Assembly: GCF_006345805.1 (NCBI RefSeq)
Contig: NC_043005.1
Coordinates: 79,608,001 to 79,672,000, forward strand
From: Octopus sinensis
Taxonomy: Eukaryota
Direction of reading: 5' to 3'
Length of the DNA: 64,000 nt
Shown piece after piece: positions 1 to 13,829 of the stretch (the first letter of the stretch is position 1; the number at the start of each line of letters is the position of its first letter). The notes under the pieces were generated by a model. The model saw only the letters and a program-made list of their open reading frames with translations, searched no databases and had not been told where the DNA came from. The translations under genes and the position numbers were made by a program.

Positions 1-240
1 TACAGAGGCAATTGTGGGTATCAAAGTTTTAAAAGCTGGTCGAATGTATGATTGAAAACTGTAGATATGTAAATTTGTAAATCTTCTTAACTTTTTTGAA
101 GGGCTGTTCTGTATTATTTGTGAATAGAGAAGCTGTGTTCGACCACAGAGAATCTTAGCATCATTATTTTTTCCATGTGCGTTTGTGTTATTGCAATAAA
201 AAGTGTTGTATATTTCGTGCAAGGTAATATTGTGGAGGTT

Positions 241-241
241 A

Positions 242-276
<35 letters not shown>

Positions 277-285
277 TATTATTAT

Positions 286-349
<64 letters not shown>

Positions 350-380
350 CATCATCATCATCATTATCATCATCATCATA

Positions 381-438
<58 letters not shown>

Positions 439-470
439 TATTATTATTATTATTATATTATTATTATTAT
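241..470. repeat. (TTA)n/(ATC)n compound microsatellite; similar tracts at 1041-1352 and 1752-1893
   Basis: Directly visible trinucleotide runs separating the LINE fragments. Confidence 0.98.
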
Positions 471-1037
471 TAGTCAGTAGTTTTATTTTTATAGTGTGCT
501 TTCACTTCACTACCGAGCGCAGCTCTGTGTGCCTTGGGTATGTGCTGTGATTTGTTGTGATGCCCTGATGGTTATTGTATGGAAAGTGTTCTGCGTAGAA
601 TGTGTGCATGCTTAGTAGTGCAATTTTCTGTATGTTATATGTGTTTGTAAGTCCTGGTGTTTTTGTTATGTATTTGTCTGAATATGTTTTTATCATGCCT
701 AATGCACCTACTATGATAGGAATTGTTTCTGCTTTTAGATTCCACATTCTGGTTACTTCTATTTCCAGGTCTTTTTAGTTTGAAAGTTTCTCCATTTCTT
801 TTAGAGACACGTTGTCATCTGCTGGTATTGATACATCAATTAGAAAACATTTTTTTTCTTCATGATCTCTGACAACTATATCTGGTCTGTTGGCCTTAAT
901 TTCTCTATCTGTGTGTATCGGCATATCCCAGAGTATGGTTACTTTCTCGTTTTCTGTGACCTTTTCTGGTGTGTGCCTATACCATCTTTTTTCTGTTGTT
1001 ATTCCATAATGTTGACATAGCTTCCAGTGTATGTAGG

Positions 1038-1040
<3 letters not shown>
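470..1040 (-). mobile_element. R4/Dong-like (RLE-type non-LTR) retrotransposon, 5'-truncated 3' fragment, copy 1
   Basis: Minus-strand translation IHWKLCQHYG...LWDMPIHTDREIKANRPDIVVRDHEEKKCFLIDVSIP...MWNLKAETIPIIVGALG...IQKIALL is the restriction-like endonuclease C-terminus (PD...D motif). Frameshifted; flanked on both sides by TTA/TAA tracts. Confidence 0.85.
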
Positions 1041-1096
<56 letters not shown>

Positions 1097-1136
1097 ATTA
1101 TTATTATTATTTTTATTATCATCATTATTATTATTA

Positions 1137-1219
<83 letters not shown>

Positions 1220-1247
1220 AGTATTATTATTATCATTATTATTATCA

Positions 1248-1278
<31 letters not shown>

Positions 1279-1294
1279 TATTATTATCATTATA

Positions 1295-1336
<42 letters not shown>

Positions 1337-1351
1337 AGTATTATTATTATT

Positions 1352-1752
1352 ATCCCGTGCTTTCACTGCACTACCGAGCACAACACTGTGTGCCTTGGGT
1401 ATGTGCTGTGCGTTGTTGTTGTGTTCTTATTTTCACTGTATTGAAAGTGTTTTATGCAGGATGAGTGCGGTGTACATCAGTGCAATTTTCTGTATGTTAT
1501 ATATACTTGTAAGAATTGAGGTTTTTGTTATGCATCTCTCTGAATTTCTGATGCACTTAGTATAATAGGAATTGCTTCTGTTTTTTAGGCTCCACATTCG
1601 AGTTACCTCTAATTCCAGAGCTTTGTATTTTGAGAATTTCTTCGTTTCTTTTAGAGAAACTTTATTATATGTTGGTATTGATAAATCGATTTAAAAACAT
1701 CTTTTTTCTTGGTGATCTCTGACAACTATATCCGGCCAATGGGCCTTAGTTT
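1352..1752 (-). mobile_element. R4/Dong-like LINE 3' fragment, copy 2 (older, same subfamily as copy 1)
   Basis: Shares the 3' UTR (ctttcact...ctaccgagc...tgtgccttgggtatgtgctgtg) and WPDIVVRDHQEKRCF coding remnant with copy 1; bounded by TTA tracts. Confidence 0.8.
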
Positions 1753-1776
1753 CTATTATTATTATTATTATTATTA

Positions 1777-1870
<94 letters not shown>

Positions 1871-1899
1871 CATCATCATCATCATCATCATCATTATAT

Positions 1900-2810
1900 A
1901 TTGTTTTACTTCTCAGAGTGTTCGGTCTTGTTTACACCGCTTGATTCTGTGAGAACAGACAGCAGCCTCTTGTCAGAGGTCTCACAGGGTCTCTTTCCGC
2001 ACATTATAAACTTTGATACTCGGTTGTTAATTATCGTGGGAGACAATCAACATCCAAGTACCAATCTCAAAATCCTAGCTATACCCAGCAGAGCAGTTTT
2101 GGAGGTTTGCGCTGCTCTCATGTCAATTCCGATTTCTCTGGCATATTTCTGGAACTTGGTTTTTAGTACAACGAGTGCTCCTACATCTACTGCGATGATA
2201 GCCACTCTCCTCATAATCCCCATTATTGTAATTTCGTCTTTTCTGTAAATTCGGTACTTTTCAATCGCTTCTAATTCTTTGTCACTTATGCGTGCATCCC
2301 GAGGTATTGCAATATCTATAAGCGTGGTTTCCTTTTTTCCTCTATGTACCACAACAATATCTTGTCTCCGAGCATCAATTAAGAAGTCACACTGAATTGC
2401 AAAGTCCCACAGTATCTTATATTCCTTGTCCTTGCTAACTCCTTTGGGTTCATGTCCGTATTATGTCCGTGCTCTGACCAGGCCTTACTTTTACATAGCC
2501 TCCAGTAGACGAACTTATCTACGTCATCGTGCCTCCTTTTGTGGTGCCTTTGGGCCAGCTTGCTACATTCACTCACAATATGTGAGATTGTTTCACTTTT
2601 ACCACCACACATCCTTCAAAGGAGTCATTCACTGTTCTTATCTAGTTGAAACTTGTAATTAGTTATCAGAGTTTGTTCCTGGGCGCTGCATATCAATGCC
2701 CCAGCGCATCCTTTCAAATCACTTATTCTTAGCCAATTCCAAGTGCTTATCTTGTCTTTTCCTTCGATTTCTCTTAGCATTGCCCATGCAGTGATTTCAT
2801 TTACCATCTA
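1900..2810 (-). mobile_element. R4/Dong-like LINE 3' fragment, copy 3 (different subfamily)
   Basis: Broken frames give ALICSAQEQ..., CGGKSETISHIVSECSKLAQRHHKRRHDDV (CCHC knuckle region) and LIDIAIPRDARISDKELE...ALLGIARILRLVL (RLE domain and terminus). Confidence 0.85.
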
Positions 2811-3199
2811 TTTATTCTTTCTTCATCTTATTTCTTAAATATTTGTGGGTGCATCATATTTTCGGTAGGTATTGTATTGTTAATTCTAACAACGGCAAGC
2901 AAGGTTTCACTCTGCTGTTTGTATTATTAATAGTATTATTATTCGCTGCTAAGTCTTTCAGATGCTTTAAAATGTTGCCAGAACAATTCTTGATATTTTA
3001 CAAGTTTAAATGAAGAAAGTCATTTTTACTTCAGATAGTATTCGAAGCAGAAAGAATCCTTGAAGAATTTGTAATCTCTATACCACACTGTTTTTTTTTA
3101 ATAATATTTCCATATGATTTTATTGACTTAATTCAAACCAAAAATGTCCTCTCCCTTTTCAGGATGCACACCTAAATGAAATTAAATTAAACAACACGA

Positions 3200-3410
3200 T
3201 TTAGTAAGTTCACATTAGTCTGGTCTCCCGGTTTCTCTGACGTATATATTCTTCCCTGAACGGGACGCCGGTCGTTCGCAGGATTACACATTTTACCAGC
3301 TGAGTGGAATGCAGCAGTAAGAAATGAAAGTTTTTGCTTAAGAGTACAAGGTTTCGCCCGATCCAGGAGGATTCGAAACCTCAATCTTACGATCATGAGT
3401 CCGCAAAGTC
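3200..3410 (-). mobile_element. tRNA-derived SINE, family D (degenerate)
   Basis: Reverse complement gactcatgatcgtaagattgaggtttcgaatcc (B-box-like) ...ccactcagctgg...ctgcgaacgaccggcgtcccg aligns by eye with the plus copy at 42972-43210. Confidence 0.6.
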
Positions 3411-4671
3411 ATGCGCCTCCACAAAAGAAATACGAAATATTTTAGAAAAGAAGGTTAAAATTTTCACAACAGAACAAACAAATGACAGAACACGAAGAAA
3501 TATTTTCACAAACAGCTTAGCATTAAAGACAACACGTTTCACGGTATAAGCAATAGTTACGATTGACTTGTAATCAACGCACAACACTGCTGAACCTGAC
3601 GGATGGGGACGCTGGAAGTAAGCGTTTAAGATTCGCTGCCTTGAATAAACTGGTACCCTAACTCTGTGTGAGAGGATTCTTACGATATTCATTTCAAAAT
3701 AATAGAAACAGAGGGACACACAGGAATATAAAGCAACATGGAACTACTATAGATATCATAGCAGCCCCAGAAGTTTAGCGGTAAATGAAAAATAACTAAC
3801 ATAATCAATAACAACAGTAGATTTGTACGCACTCAGTGAGTGGGCCAACACTGCAGAACACGAAAAACAGGTACGCTAGGAGAAAGCGTTTAAGAATACA
3901 CGACTTAAATTTTTTTTTTTTGTTAAAACAACTGACATCCTAGCTCCATGTGTAAGGATCTTTGCAATATCCTTCACAAAACAATGGTAACACAGCACCT
4001 TACAGGAATCTTAAAAGCAGCTTGAGTCTTATATAGATATCACAGAATCCTCACGAAGTTAGCGGCAACTCACAAACAATGAAACTAAAAATATACAAAC
4101 TAATTCAACTACAGTAAATCAAACAACTTTAGTCCAGAATCTCACCTATTGTACATCACATAAAAACATAACAGACAAGAATTAGACGCATTGACTTTGT
4201 AAGCGTTATAAAAATCTCTCGTGGTTCGTACGAATATTTTTCCATAGTAATTTTGCTGTTGTTCAGAACATCTGATATTTTTTCTTCCTTTCTTCCAACC
4301 TTGTTTCCTTCTTTTCTTCTTTTTTCGATTCATTTATGTATGTATTGTGGTATCAATTCGTAAGTATGATTATATAAGACCTTTTCAGCAAAGATCATTT
4401 CTATTTTCATCGAATATAAGACACAAAAGATAAATAAATAAACACTAAGCCTTCAATTAAAGCCAAAAGATTCATTCTTTGTTCTCTCTCGCCAACTTTA
4501 AATATATATAAACACACACACACACACAAAAGCACACAAAAATTGCAACACACAAACACGTATACAAACGTTACCACACAACACACACTCACTTGTGTGT
4601 GTGTGTGTGTAACTCTTTCAAGCGACCTATTACTGTATCTCTGTCACTTTATCTGTCTATCTATCTATCTG

Positions 4672-4736
<65 letters not shown>

Positions 4737-4810
4737 TATATATCTATCTATCTATCTATCTTTCTATCTATCTTTCTATCTATCTATCTCTCTATCTATC
4801 TATCTATCTA

Positions 4811-4859
<49 letters not shown>

Positions 4860-5521
4860 GTCTATGTATGTATATATATCATATATATCGGTCTGTCTGT
4901 CTATCCGTCTACCTACCTCTCCTTCTACCTACCTCTCCTTCTCTCTTTCTCATTTGTCCATCTATAAATCTATGTGCATATATCTGTATGTAATGTGTAT
5001 ATATATATATATATATATATATCAAATATCTATGTACACATAATCGCATTATGCTTAAACACATAAATACACACATTCTGACTCATATAACCAAATATTT
5101 CCGAATATACACACACACACACACATACACACACATACACACATACATACACACACACATATATATAAGGATATACATATACGTAGGTGTGTACCTGCGT
5201 GTGCATATATACACGCATGTATATATATGAGTCTAAGCGCTTGAAAGTGTATATTTGCAAATGGTTCCAATACGCGCTAATATTAATAGTGTTTGAGATA
5301 CGCGTTTAAATTTGCTGTAAGTATGTATTTTCCTTGGTGTCTGTAATTATATCTCAGTAACTCTGTGTTGTGTGCGCATAAACTGCGAATATACACCTTC
5401 AAAACCATTCTATATATAGACAAGTTTGAAGTGGTACAAAAGCGGTAAAAAAATGAGACACTTTGATAGATTTTAATGCTCTATACATACATACATAACT
5501 CTCTCTCTCTTTCTCCTTCTG

Positions 5522-5598
<77 letters not shown>

Positions 5599-6834
5599 TT
5601 GTGTGTGTGTGCATGAGTGTGTGTGTGTGGTTTCATATATATATATATACTAACAAAAAAGCACATATGTGTTAGTTCATATATTCGTGTACGGTGAGTT
5701 GGATAAAAAGTATAGAACAAAAGAAAAACATAGACATACGTTCATACACTCAGAGACAGATACACACAAACACACGCACACAGATACACACGCATATATA
5801 CATTCATAAGCATATATATGTATGCGCACTCATACATATATACCTACAAAAGGCATTCTTATATACATATGTATATAGTATTTTCTGAATAAGAAGATAT
5901 CATTCGCATAGAAGTTAGACCGGTACAATGGTCGTAGCATGTGATGAAGACACTCATGGACAATAAGAATATTATGTAGCTAATGCAACCAGATGAAACT
6001 AACAGATATGTCACAAAATTAAATAGCATTATAAGATTCCCTCCATATATATGACATTATCTGTAGTCAATCTGTCATTTAATTCTGTCATTAATACTCT
6101 GTATTATACGTGTGTGTGTACGTTATGATGGAGAAATGTATGCAAACTTAATACCAATGTAATTAGGTTTGAACTTGTAAAGGCTTTTCATTGCAGTTTG
6201 TCATGGGGAACACCTTCTTGCTTAAGACACACACATGTTGAAAGAAGCACTATAGTTAACTCCGATGGCCCTTTATTGCACTGAAGGCTGTATTTCGAAC
6301 GTATTATTTCTCGTCAACACCAGATACCAAGAAAGATAACTCTAAGTTGATTAGAGACCAATGCTTCCTTTACTGTAAATTAGTAAATATTTAATGATTG
6401 CGCTTATTGGGCCCTCTCGTAATTGTTGCGGATTTGCAGCAAATATGTAGAATCGGTAAAAAGTATTTACTGATTAGGGAGCTCCGTTGTTCGAAAGTAG
6501 GGTCCCAGTTATTTGATTTAATTTGTAAGTAACTAAGCACTCCACAAACAGATGTACACTTAATATAATTTGCGTGCGTAATCAGCATAGCCCAGCGTCT
6601 AACAACGCCGTACGTCTCAATTACAGAGAAAATTCATCCGACACAATCCTATGCATTTTCCATGTATCTAGTTCCTTTCACAACTTTCGACTTGATTTCA
6701 GATTATATGAAATTACATTTTCCCCGCAGTCATACATAACACAGAACCTCGTTGCTGAGAAGTAAACTTCTTGAGCATTTAGCCACAGCGTGACTTCATT
6801 GTATATTTAGCATATTCTTTTATTCTTTTATTTG

Positions 6835-7028
6835 TTTCAGTCATTTGGCTGTGACCATGCTGGATCGCCGCCTTTAGTCGAGCAAATCGACACCCAGGAC
6901 TTATTCTTTGTAAGCCTAGTACTTATTCTATCGGTCTCTTTTGCAGAACCGCTAGGTGACGGGGACATAAACGCACCAGCATCGGTTGTCAAGCGATGTT
7001 GGGGGGAAAACACAGAAACACAGCATAT

Positions 7029-7062
<34 letters not shown>

Positions 7063-9180
7063 TATATATATATATACTAGCAGTATCGCCCGGCGTTGCT
7101 CGGGTTTGTAAGGGAAATAACTATATAAGCATTTTTAGTGAGTTATAGCAAAAAATAGCAAAAAATGCATTAAAAATGGAATAAAAAATTATGGTAAATT
7201 TTTTTTTAAATCGTTGACTCATCGTAGACATTTTTAGAGAGTTACTTCCCGTATATAATAGCGAAAAATGCATTAAAATGGAATAAAAAAATGATGGTAA
7301 TTTTTTTTTAATCGTAGACTCATCGTAGACACGCGCTAATACCCAGAAGGGCTCGATATGAATCACGACTATAAGATACCCGGTTTTGGTTAAACTGCAC
7401 CGCAAAATGTGGGAGTAGTTAGGAATCTAAATCGTAGGAGACAGACACACAACTTCACTTTTATATATAAAGATTTGCGCAACAACTAAAACATTCGGTT
7501 GTGCAAATTGTTTGCACAGGAAACCTTCCCTGTGTGGCGGTAATTGCCGTTTTTGTGGATCTGTTTCAGCTTTTTTAGCGATTTCTGTTTTGGCGACTTC
7601 AAGCCATGAAGTCGTTGTTCTAAAAGAACGCTGGTCTCCTTGACAACGCATTACGACGTTGATTTCATTACACTCCCTTCCCCACAGCTTCACGAGGGAG
7701 GGAAGAAGGGGGAGAAACAACACAGGTGCAGATGTGAGCATGGACGCCAACTCCGCCGCCATCGACACACGAAAAAATATGCATTAAAATGGAATAAAAA
7801 ATGATGTTAAATTATTTTTAAAATCGTAGACTCATCGTAGACGCGCGCTAATAGCCAGACGGGCTCGATATGAATCCCGACTATAAGATACCCGAATTTA
7901 ATTAAACTGCACCGCAAAATGTGGGAGTAGTTAGGAATCTAAATCGAAGGGGGCAGACACTCACACAACTACAGTTTTATATATATACTAGCAGTATCGC
8001 CCGGCGTTGCTCGGGTTTGTAAGGGAAATAACTATATAAGCATTTTTAGAGAGTTACTTCCTTTATAGATGCCAATTCGGGCTTTCTTAGCCATTTCTGT
8101 TTTGGTGTCTTCAAGCCATGAAGTCGTTGTTCTAAAAGAACGCTGGTCTCCTTGACAACGCATTACGACGTTGATTTCCCTAAACTCCCTTCCCCACAGC
8201 TTCACGGGGGAGGGAAGAAGGGGGAGAAGCAAACACAGGTGCAGGTGTTTGAGATTGGACGCCAACTCCGCCGCCATCGACACACGATGCATTTTATGCA
8301 TTAAAATGGAATAAAAAATGATGTTAAATTATTTTTAAAATCGTAGACTCATCGTAGACGCGCGCTAATAGCCAGACGGGCTCGATATTAATCCCGACTA
8401 TAAGACACCCGAATTTGGTTAAACTGCACCGCAAAATGTGGGAGTAGTTAGGAATCTAAATCGTAGGAGACGGACACTCACACAACTACAGTTTTATATA
8501 TATACTAGCAGTATCGCCCGGCGTTGCTCGGGTTTGTAAGGGAAATAACTATATAAGCATTTTTAGAGAGTTACTTCCCTTATAAATTCGGGCTTTCTTA
8601 GCCATTTTTGTTTTGGTGTCTTCAAGCCATGAAGTCATTGTTCTAAAAGAACGCTGGTTTCCTTCACAACGCATTACGACGTTGATTTCTTTACACTCCC
8701 TTCCCCACAGCTTCACGAGGGATGGAAGGGGGAGAAGCAAACAGGTGCAGGTGTGAGCGTGGACGCCAACTCCGCCGCCATCGACACACGATGCATTTTA
8801 TGCATTAAAATGGAATAAAAAATGATGTTAAATTATTTTTAAAATCGTAGACTCATCGTTGACGCGCGCTAATAGTCAGACGGGCTCGATATGAATCACG
8901 ACTATAAGATACCCGAATTTGGTTAAACTGCACCGCAAAATGTGGGAGGAGTTAGGAATCTAAATCGAAGGGGACAGACACTCACACAACTAGAGTTTTA
9001 TATATATAGATATATATATACATATATACGACGGGCTTCTTTCAATTTCCATCTACAAAGTCCACTCACAAGGCTTTGGTCGGCCCGAGGCTAGATTAGA
9101 ATACACTTTCTCAAGGTGCTACGCAGTGGGACTGAACCCGGAACCATGTGGTTGGTAAGCAAGTTATTTACCACAAAGCC
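6835..9180 (-). mobile_element. SINE family A, split by a Helitron array: tail 6835-7040, tRNA-like head 9025-9180
   Basis: The two halves match the intact family-A copies at 40765-41170 and 43853-44240; the internal (TA)n/(TG)n tract contains the insertion. Confidence 0.8.
7077..9010 (-). mobile_element. Head-to-tail array of non-autonomous Helitrons: units 7077-7473, partial 7474-7987, 7988-8504, 8505-9010
   Basis: Minus-strand 3' end CCCGAGCAACGCCGGGCGATACTGCTAG|T (hairpin plus CTAG) at 7077, 7988, 8505; 5' ends A|TC(T/A-rich)AAAA...GTTGTGTG at 7473 and 9010; unit about 510 bp. Confidence 0.85.
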
Positions 9181-9189
9181 CAAGGAAAG

Positions 9190-10220
9190 TTTGATATTTT
9201 ACTTTGCTTTTGTATCTGGTTTGCAATAATCTTTATGGAATTCGTGTGTTGAATTCTGCAACTCTGTTAATTCTATTATGTATGTTTGCAAATATACAAA
9301 TAAAGGTTTAGATGCTGCAGCATACTTTCTTATGTAGAATGCGAACGACGAGAATGGCAGAGGAAGATAAATCAGTACCACTGAAGTTTTTGGCGCATCT
9401 TCATTTCTCCCATTCTTGAGAGACACCTAGCCACCATTCATCTGAGAGTCCATCTAGAGAATGGCCACAGGGTTATCTTTACAAAACAAACAGCCTTCCA
9501 ACAAGCATTTTCTCCAAATGAAACTACCCTTACTGCCTTTCTTAAGTTGCTTCAAGTAGATGACGATGCAAGAAAACTCCTTTTTCCTCATTTACCCAAG
9601 TATTACACCTGGAGAAACAATAAGTAACACAAGAGGAAACCGGCTTGCATGAAGTAAGTAGTCCCAAATCATTCCAAGATTTAAGGAAAATAAATGTTCT
9701 AGTATGTGAAACTTATAGGGAAGCCTGCTATCGACAAGGATTTTTAGAAAATGATGCGCATTGGAACTTTGCATTTACTGAAGCATCAGTACCAGATTCT
9801 CCAAGGAAACTCCGTACCCTTTTTACAATTATACTCAAGATGTATCAACTTGGCCGTCTCCTAAAGTTTGGGATAAAACATTGTGAGAAAGTATGCAGTT
9901 CAACAGGCAAACCCAGGTATCAATATTCAGTTCCCTGAAGCAATTTTTAACCGAACACGGATTGAAATTGTGGATCAAGTTTTGGCCACAGGAGGCACAA
10001 ATTTGCAAGGGTCTGGTTCTGGTCTGACGGAAGCAATCTTCAAATTAGTGATTTAACTGCAAGAGACAGCAAGAGAGGTAAATTATGACATCACAGACCT
10101 GGGTGTATTTCTTAATGAACATGAACCTATACTTCTTCCAGAGAGAAGTTGTGCATATGATAACATTTTTCGTGTTTTATTATAATTATTATTATTATTA
10201 TTGTTATTATTATTATTATG

Positions 10221-10270
<50 letters not shown>

Positions 10271-10428
10271 CATTATTTTGTTTTGTGAATTGATTTCTCA
10301 ACCTAGAAATAATCTGTATGCCAATTGAAGAAAAAATTAAATTTAGAATAATAAAATATATTTTGCTTTCTGCTTTCAATATACGAGGAACAATATTATT
10401 CTCGAGCAACGCCAGGTGCCTCTGCTAG
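9190..10428 (+). mobile_element. Decayed autonomous Helitron fragment (Rep-helicase pseudogene, ~9190-10160) with probable 3' terminus at 10401-10428
   Basis: Broken frames: VEFCNSVNSIMYVCKYTNKG (Rep YxxKY motif), HLRVHLENGHRVIFT, TLTAFFKLLQVDDDARKLLF..LPKYYTW, PKSFQDLRKINVLVCETYREACYRQGFLENDAHW...PRKLRTLFTIIL. Terminus CTCGAGCAACGCCAGGTGCCTCTGCTAG|T. Confidence 0.85.
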
Positions 10429-10498
<70 letters not shown>

Positions 10499-10502
10499 TA
10501 TA

Positions 10503-10690
10503 TCGTTGGCGATTTTCTTTCTCCGTTTTCCCTTCCTTGGACCTTTCCTTTTCCTATGTTTCTGACGAAGAGCTCCGCTCGAAACATTAAATCCTCCTTC
10601 TTTCTTTCCTTTCATGAGCGTCCAATAACACTATAGTGCTCCACGTCCTTGAGTTGTGTTTTGTTTTTGTACATGTTTGGAGTAACTATA
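10503..10690 (+). mobile_element. Short Penelope-like/retrozyme-like repeat, family P1 copy 1, with hammerhead-like motif at 10558-10592
   Basis: Pyrimidine-rich leader, then gtttCTGACGAagagctccgctcGAAAcattaaat. Homologous copies at 17385-17550, 23236-23432, 33350-33535. The Penelope assignment is inference. Confidence 0.6.
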
Positions 10691-11147
10691 TATATATAGA
10701 TAGATATGGATATACAGGCATGCACAGATATGTACTTATATATATATAAATACGCACGCGTATACATATATACACTCATATTTTCTTATCCTCCTCTCTC
10801 TTTCTCTCATTCTTTTTCTCTTCTCTCTCTCTCTATCTCTTTAGACGCACATAAACACACATCCATACATAGACATGGAGAGGCTCTTATATATATATAT
10901 ATATATATAAGTATTATACATTTCAGTCTTGCTACCTATTGACAAAACCGATTACAGGCTATTGAATGATATCACCGAGAATTCAGTTAAACAATTCAGG
11001 GCAACTTTTTTAAAATTTATTTTTTATTGTTTACTTAGCTGTCTGAAATATTTGAATCAGTACTTTCTCTGTATTACCCATCCCTCACCTTCTCTGTTTT
11101 TCTGTCTGTCTGTCTCTCTTTCCCTTTCACTATCCCCCTTTTATTTC

Positions 11148-11185
<38 letters not shown>

Positions 11186-12119
11186 TATATATATATATAT
11201 ATACATATATATATGTATCTAGAGAGAGAGAGATATAGATATATATACATATATATATACACTTATATGTATTTATTCATATATATATACACATACAAAC
11301 ATATATATGTATATGTATATATATATATAGGCACATGCAAACATATATATATGTGCATACATCTATATTCTCACACACACGTATATACAGATAGCTATAT
11401 TTATATTTTGGTATATGTGTGTGCGTGTATATTTATAAATATATACTTATGCATGCATGTATGCATTTGTGTGTGCGTGTATGTGTATGCGTGTCTGTGT
11501 TTCCATATGTAATGTTGTGTATTGTTTTCCCTCCTCTTATATTATTTACACTTTGAACCGATGTTTTCAAAGGAACTGTTAGCATCGCTTACTCAACGCA
11601 TCCTACAAATCACAAACATGCTGCTGCCTTCACTTAAACTAGCAATCATTTGCACCAATTCTTTTCATTCTAAAACACTTCTCTTCGCCCCCGCAACGTT
11701 TCGCCGCTTTCAGTTCTTTTCTCCTTTTTTTCTATTGAAGTCAATTTCGGAGATATTAAAAGTATTTTCATTCTTCCTCTATCTTTCAAAAATATTTTAA
11801 CCATTTGTCATGAAGTTATATTCCATTATGTTTCTTGTCTAGAAAACTGATATGAAAGTTTCATTTTGTTTTATTTATTTTGTATATTTTAATTTTTTTT
11901 TCTTTTCTCATATGTGTATTTTTTGTTTTGAAGTTTTTTTCATTTTTATATGAAATCAAAATATCATCTTTAAATCATTTAGTAACAAAATATTGTCCTC
12001 ACGCATGCGTTTGTGAGTTCATATATATATGTGTATGCATGCATACATATATAAATACACAGACACACATAATTGTATATACATATATGTGCAAAATATA
12101 TTGTATTTGATATATATGC

Positions 12120-12161
12120 GTATATATATACATATATAAGCAATTTTATGTTTATTATATA

Positions 12162-12197
<36 letters not shown>

Positions 12198-12908
12198 TAT
12201 AGATTATATATGATATGATATATATATATATACATATATATTATAAATATATATATACATATTTGTAATATGTATATGGTATATATTATGTATATATATA
12301 TATATATATATAAAATATTATATATAATATATATATATATGTGTGTGTGTGTGTGGTATGTATATTTACTTACGTACATATATTTATGTATACGTGTTCC
12401 TAAGCATGTATGTATGTGTGTAAGCAAGTATGTATACAAGCATGTATGTATGTATGTATGTATGTATGTATGTATGTATGTACGTATGTATAACGTGTAC
12501 CCTTAACAAAGAACCTTGTAGCGAAAGACATTGATACATCAGTGTTTACCATCTTCGAAATAATCAACAATGCAGCCCTCAATGGTTTGTGTTAAGTGGA
12601 TATTTTCCCCGCATTCACTATTTATAAACTTAATAAAAATCATAATAAAAATATACAGAGACAGAGAGAAACACATACCTGCCTGTATACATATAAGTGT
12701 GTGTGTGTACGTATGTGTATGTGTACGCATATGTTTTTTTCTCTACAGTAATTGTATCATTTTCTATTTGCTTTTCAATTCTCTTTCTTTTTCATTTACA
12801 TGTATGGTATACATATATTTCATATATGTTTAATATATATATACATATATATATAATATATATTATATATATATATTATATATATGTATATAATATATAA
12901 ACTTATTA

Positions 12909-12939
<31 letters not shown>

Positions 12940-12941
12940 AC

Positions 12942-12989
<48 letters not shown>

Positions 12990-13060
12990 TATATATATAA
13001 GTATATACATACTTATTCATATATGCATATATATATATATTATATATGATGTATATAAAA
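12120..13060. repeat. Compound (TA)n/(TATG)n microsatellite region
   Basis: Directly visible; produces spurious YI/IY ORFs. Confidence 0.95.
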
Positions 13061-13339
13061 ACTTTCAATTGGTATGTGAATGAATATTGTATTATATTTG
13101 TCTGAAATTATGTTTTAAGAATTTCCAGTAAGAATGAAAAAAAAATTCTTTTAAACTGTTTTAAAAACATTTGTGCTTTTCATCGTTCCATTTATTGGTA
13201 GCTTGTTGTTGCTAATATGTATGATATATCGTCGTTTTTTGCTATTATTACGATTACCATTGGCCACAATTTGTCTCTACTAGGACCAACAATATTAATA
13301 CCAAAATCCCATGATAAATAGCATCACTATATTCACAAG

Positions 13340-13725
13340 CACAGCCACCGCCATGCTCACCACAGCCAACCCGACACATGTCCTCCTCCATCAACACCAC
13401 CACAACAATTATCACCATCATCATCATCATCATCAGTATTGTCGCCGTTATGAACGTCGTTATCATCATCGTTACTTTCATAGACATCTTCACCGTTGAC
13501 ATCATTATCGTGATCATTATCAGCGCAATCATCATCATCGTCGTCGTCTTCTTCTTATCTTCTTCTTCTTCTTCTTCTTCTTCTTCTTCTTCTTCTTCTC
13601 TTCTTCTTCTTCTTCTTCTTCTTCTTCTTCTTCTTCTTCTTCGTCCTCGTCTTCATCAACATCATCGTCATAATAACAGCAACAACAACAACAACTATGA
13701 CGACGACGATGATGATGATGTTGGT
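13340..13725. repeat. (CAT)n/(TTC)n/(CAA)n compound microsatellite
   Basis: Directly visible, including a long pure TTC run at about 13550-13640. Confidence 0.95.
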
Positions 13726-13829
13726 TTTATTTATTTGCCACAAGGGTAAAGGATGAAGGAGACAATACAAAGAGAGGCATAAAGTGTAGGGGTTTACACA
13801 TAATGAAATGATAAAAAAATGGAAAGAAA

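Noticed and set aside
6290-6335. UUGACGA...GAAA motif on the minus strand
   Set aside because: C3 is absent and stem III does not pair.
7077-9010. Possible CRISPR-like or satellite array
   Set aside because: Units are about 510 bp with Helitron termini, there are no unique spacers, and the context is eukaryotic.
11522-11800. 92-aa hydrophobic ORF
   Set aside because: No recognisable motif; composition is explained by T-rich DNA.
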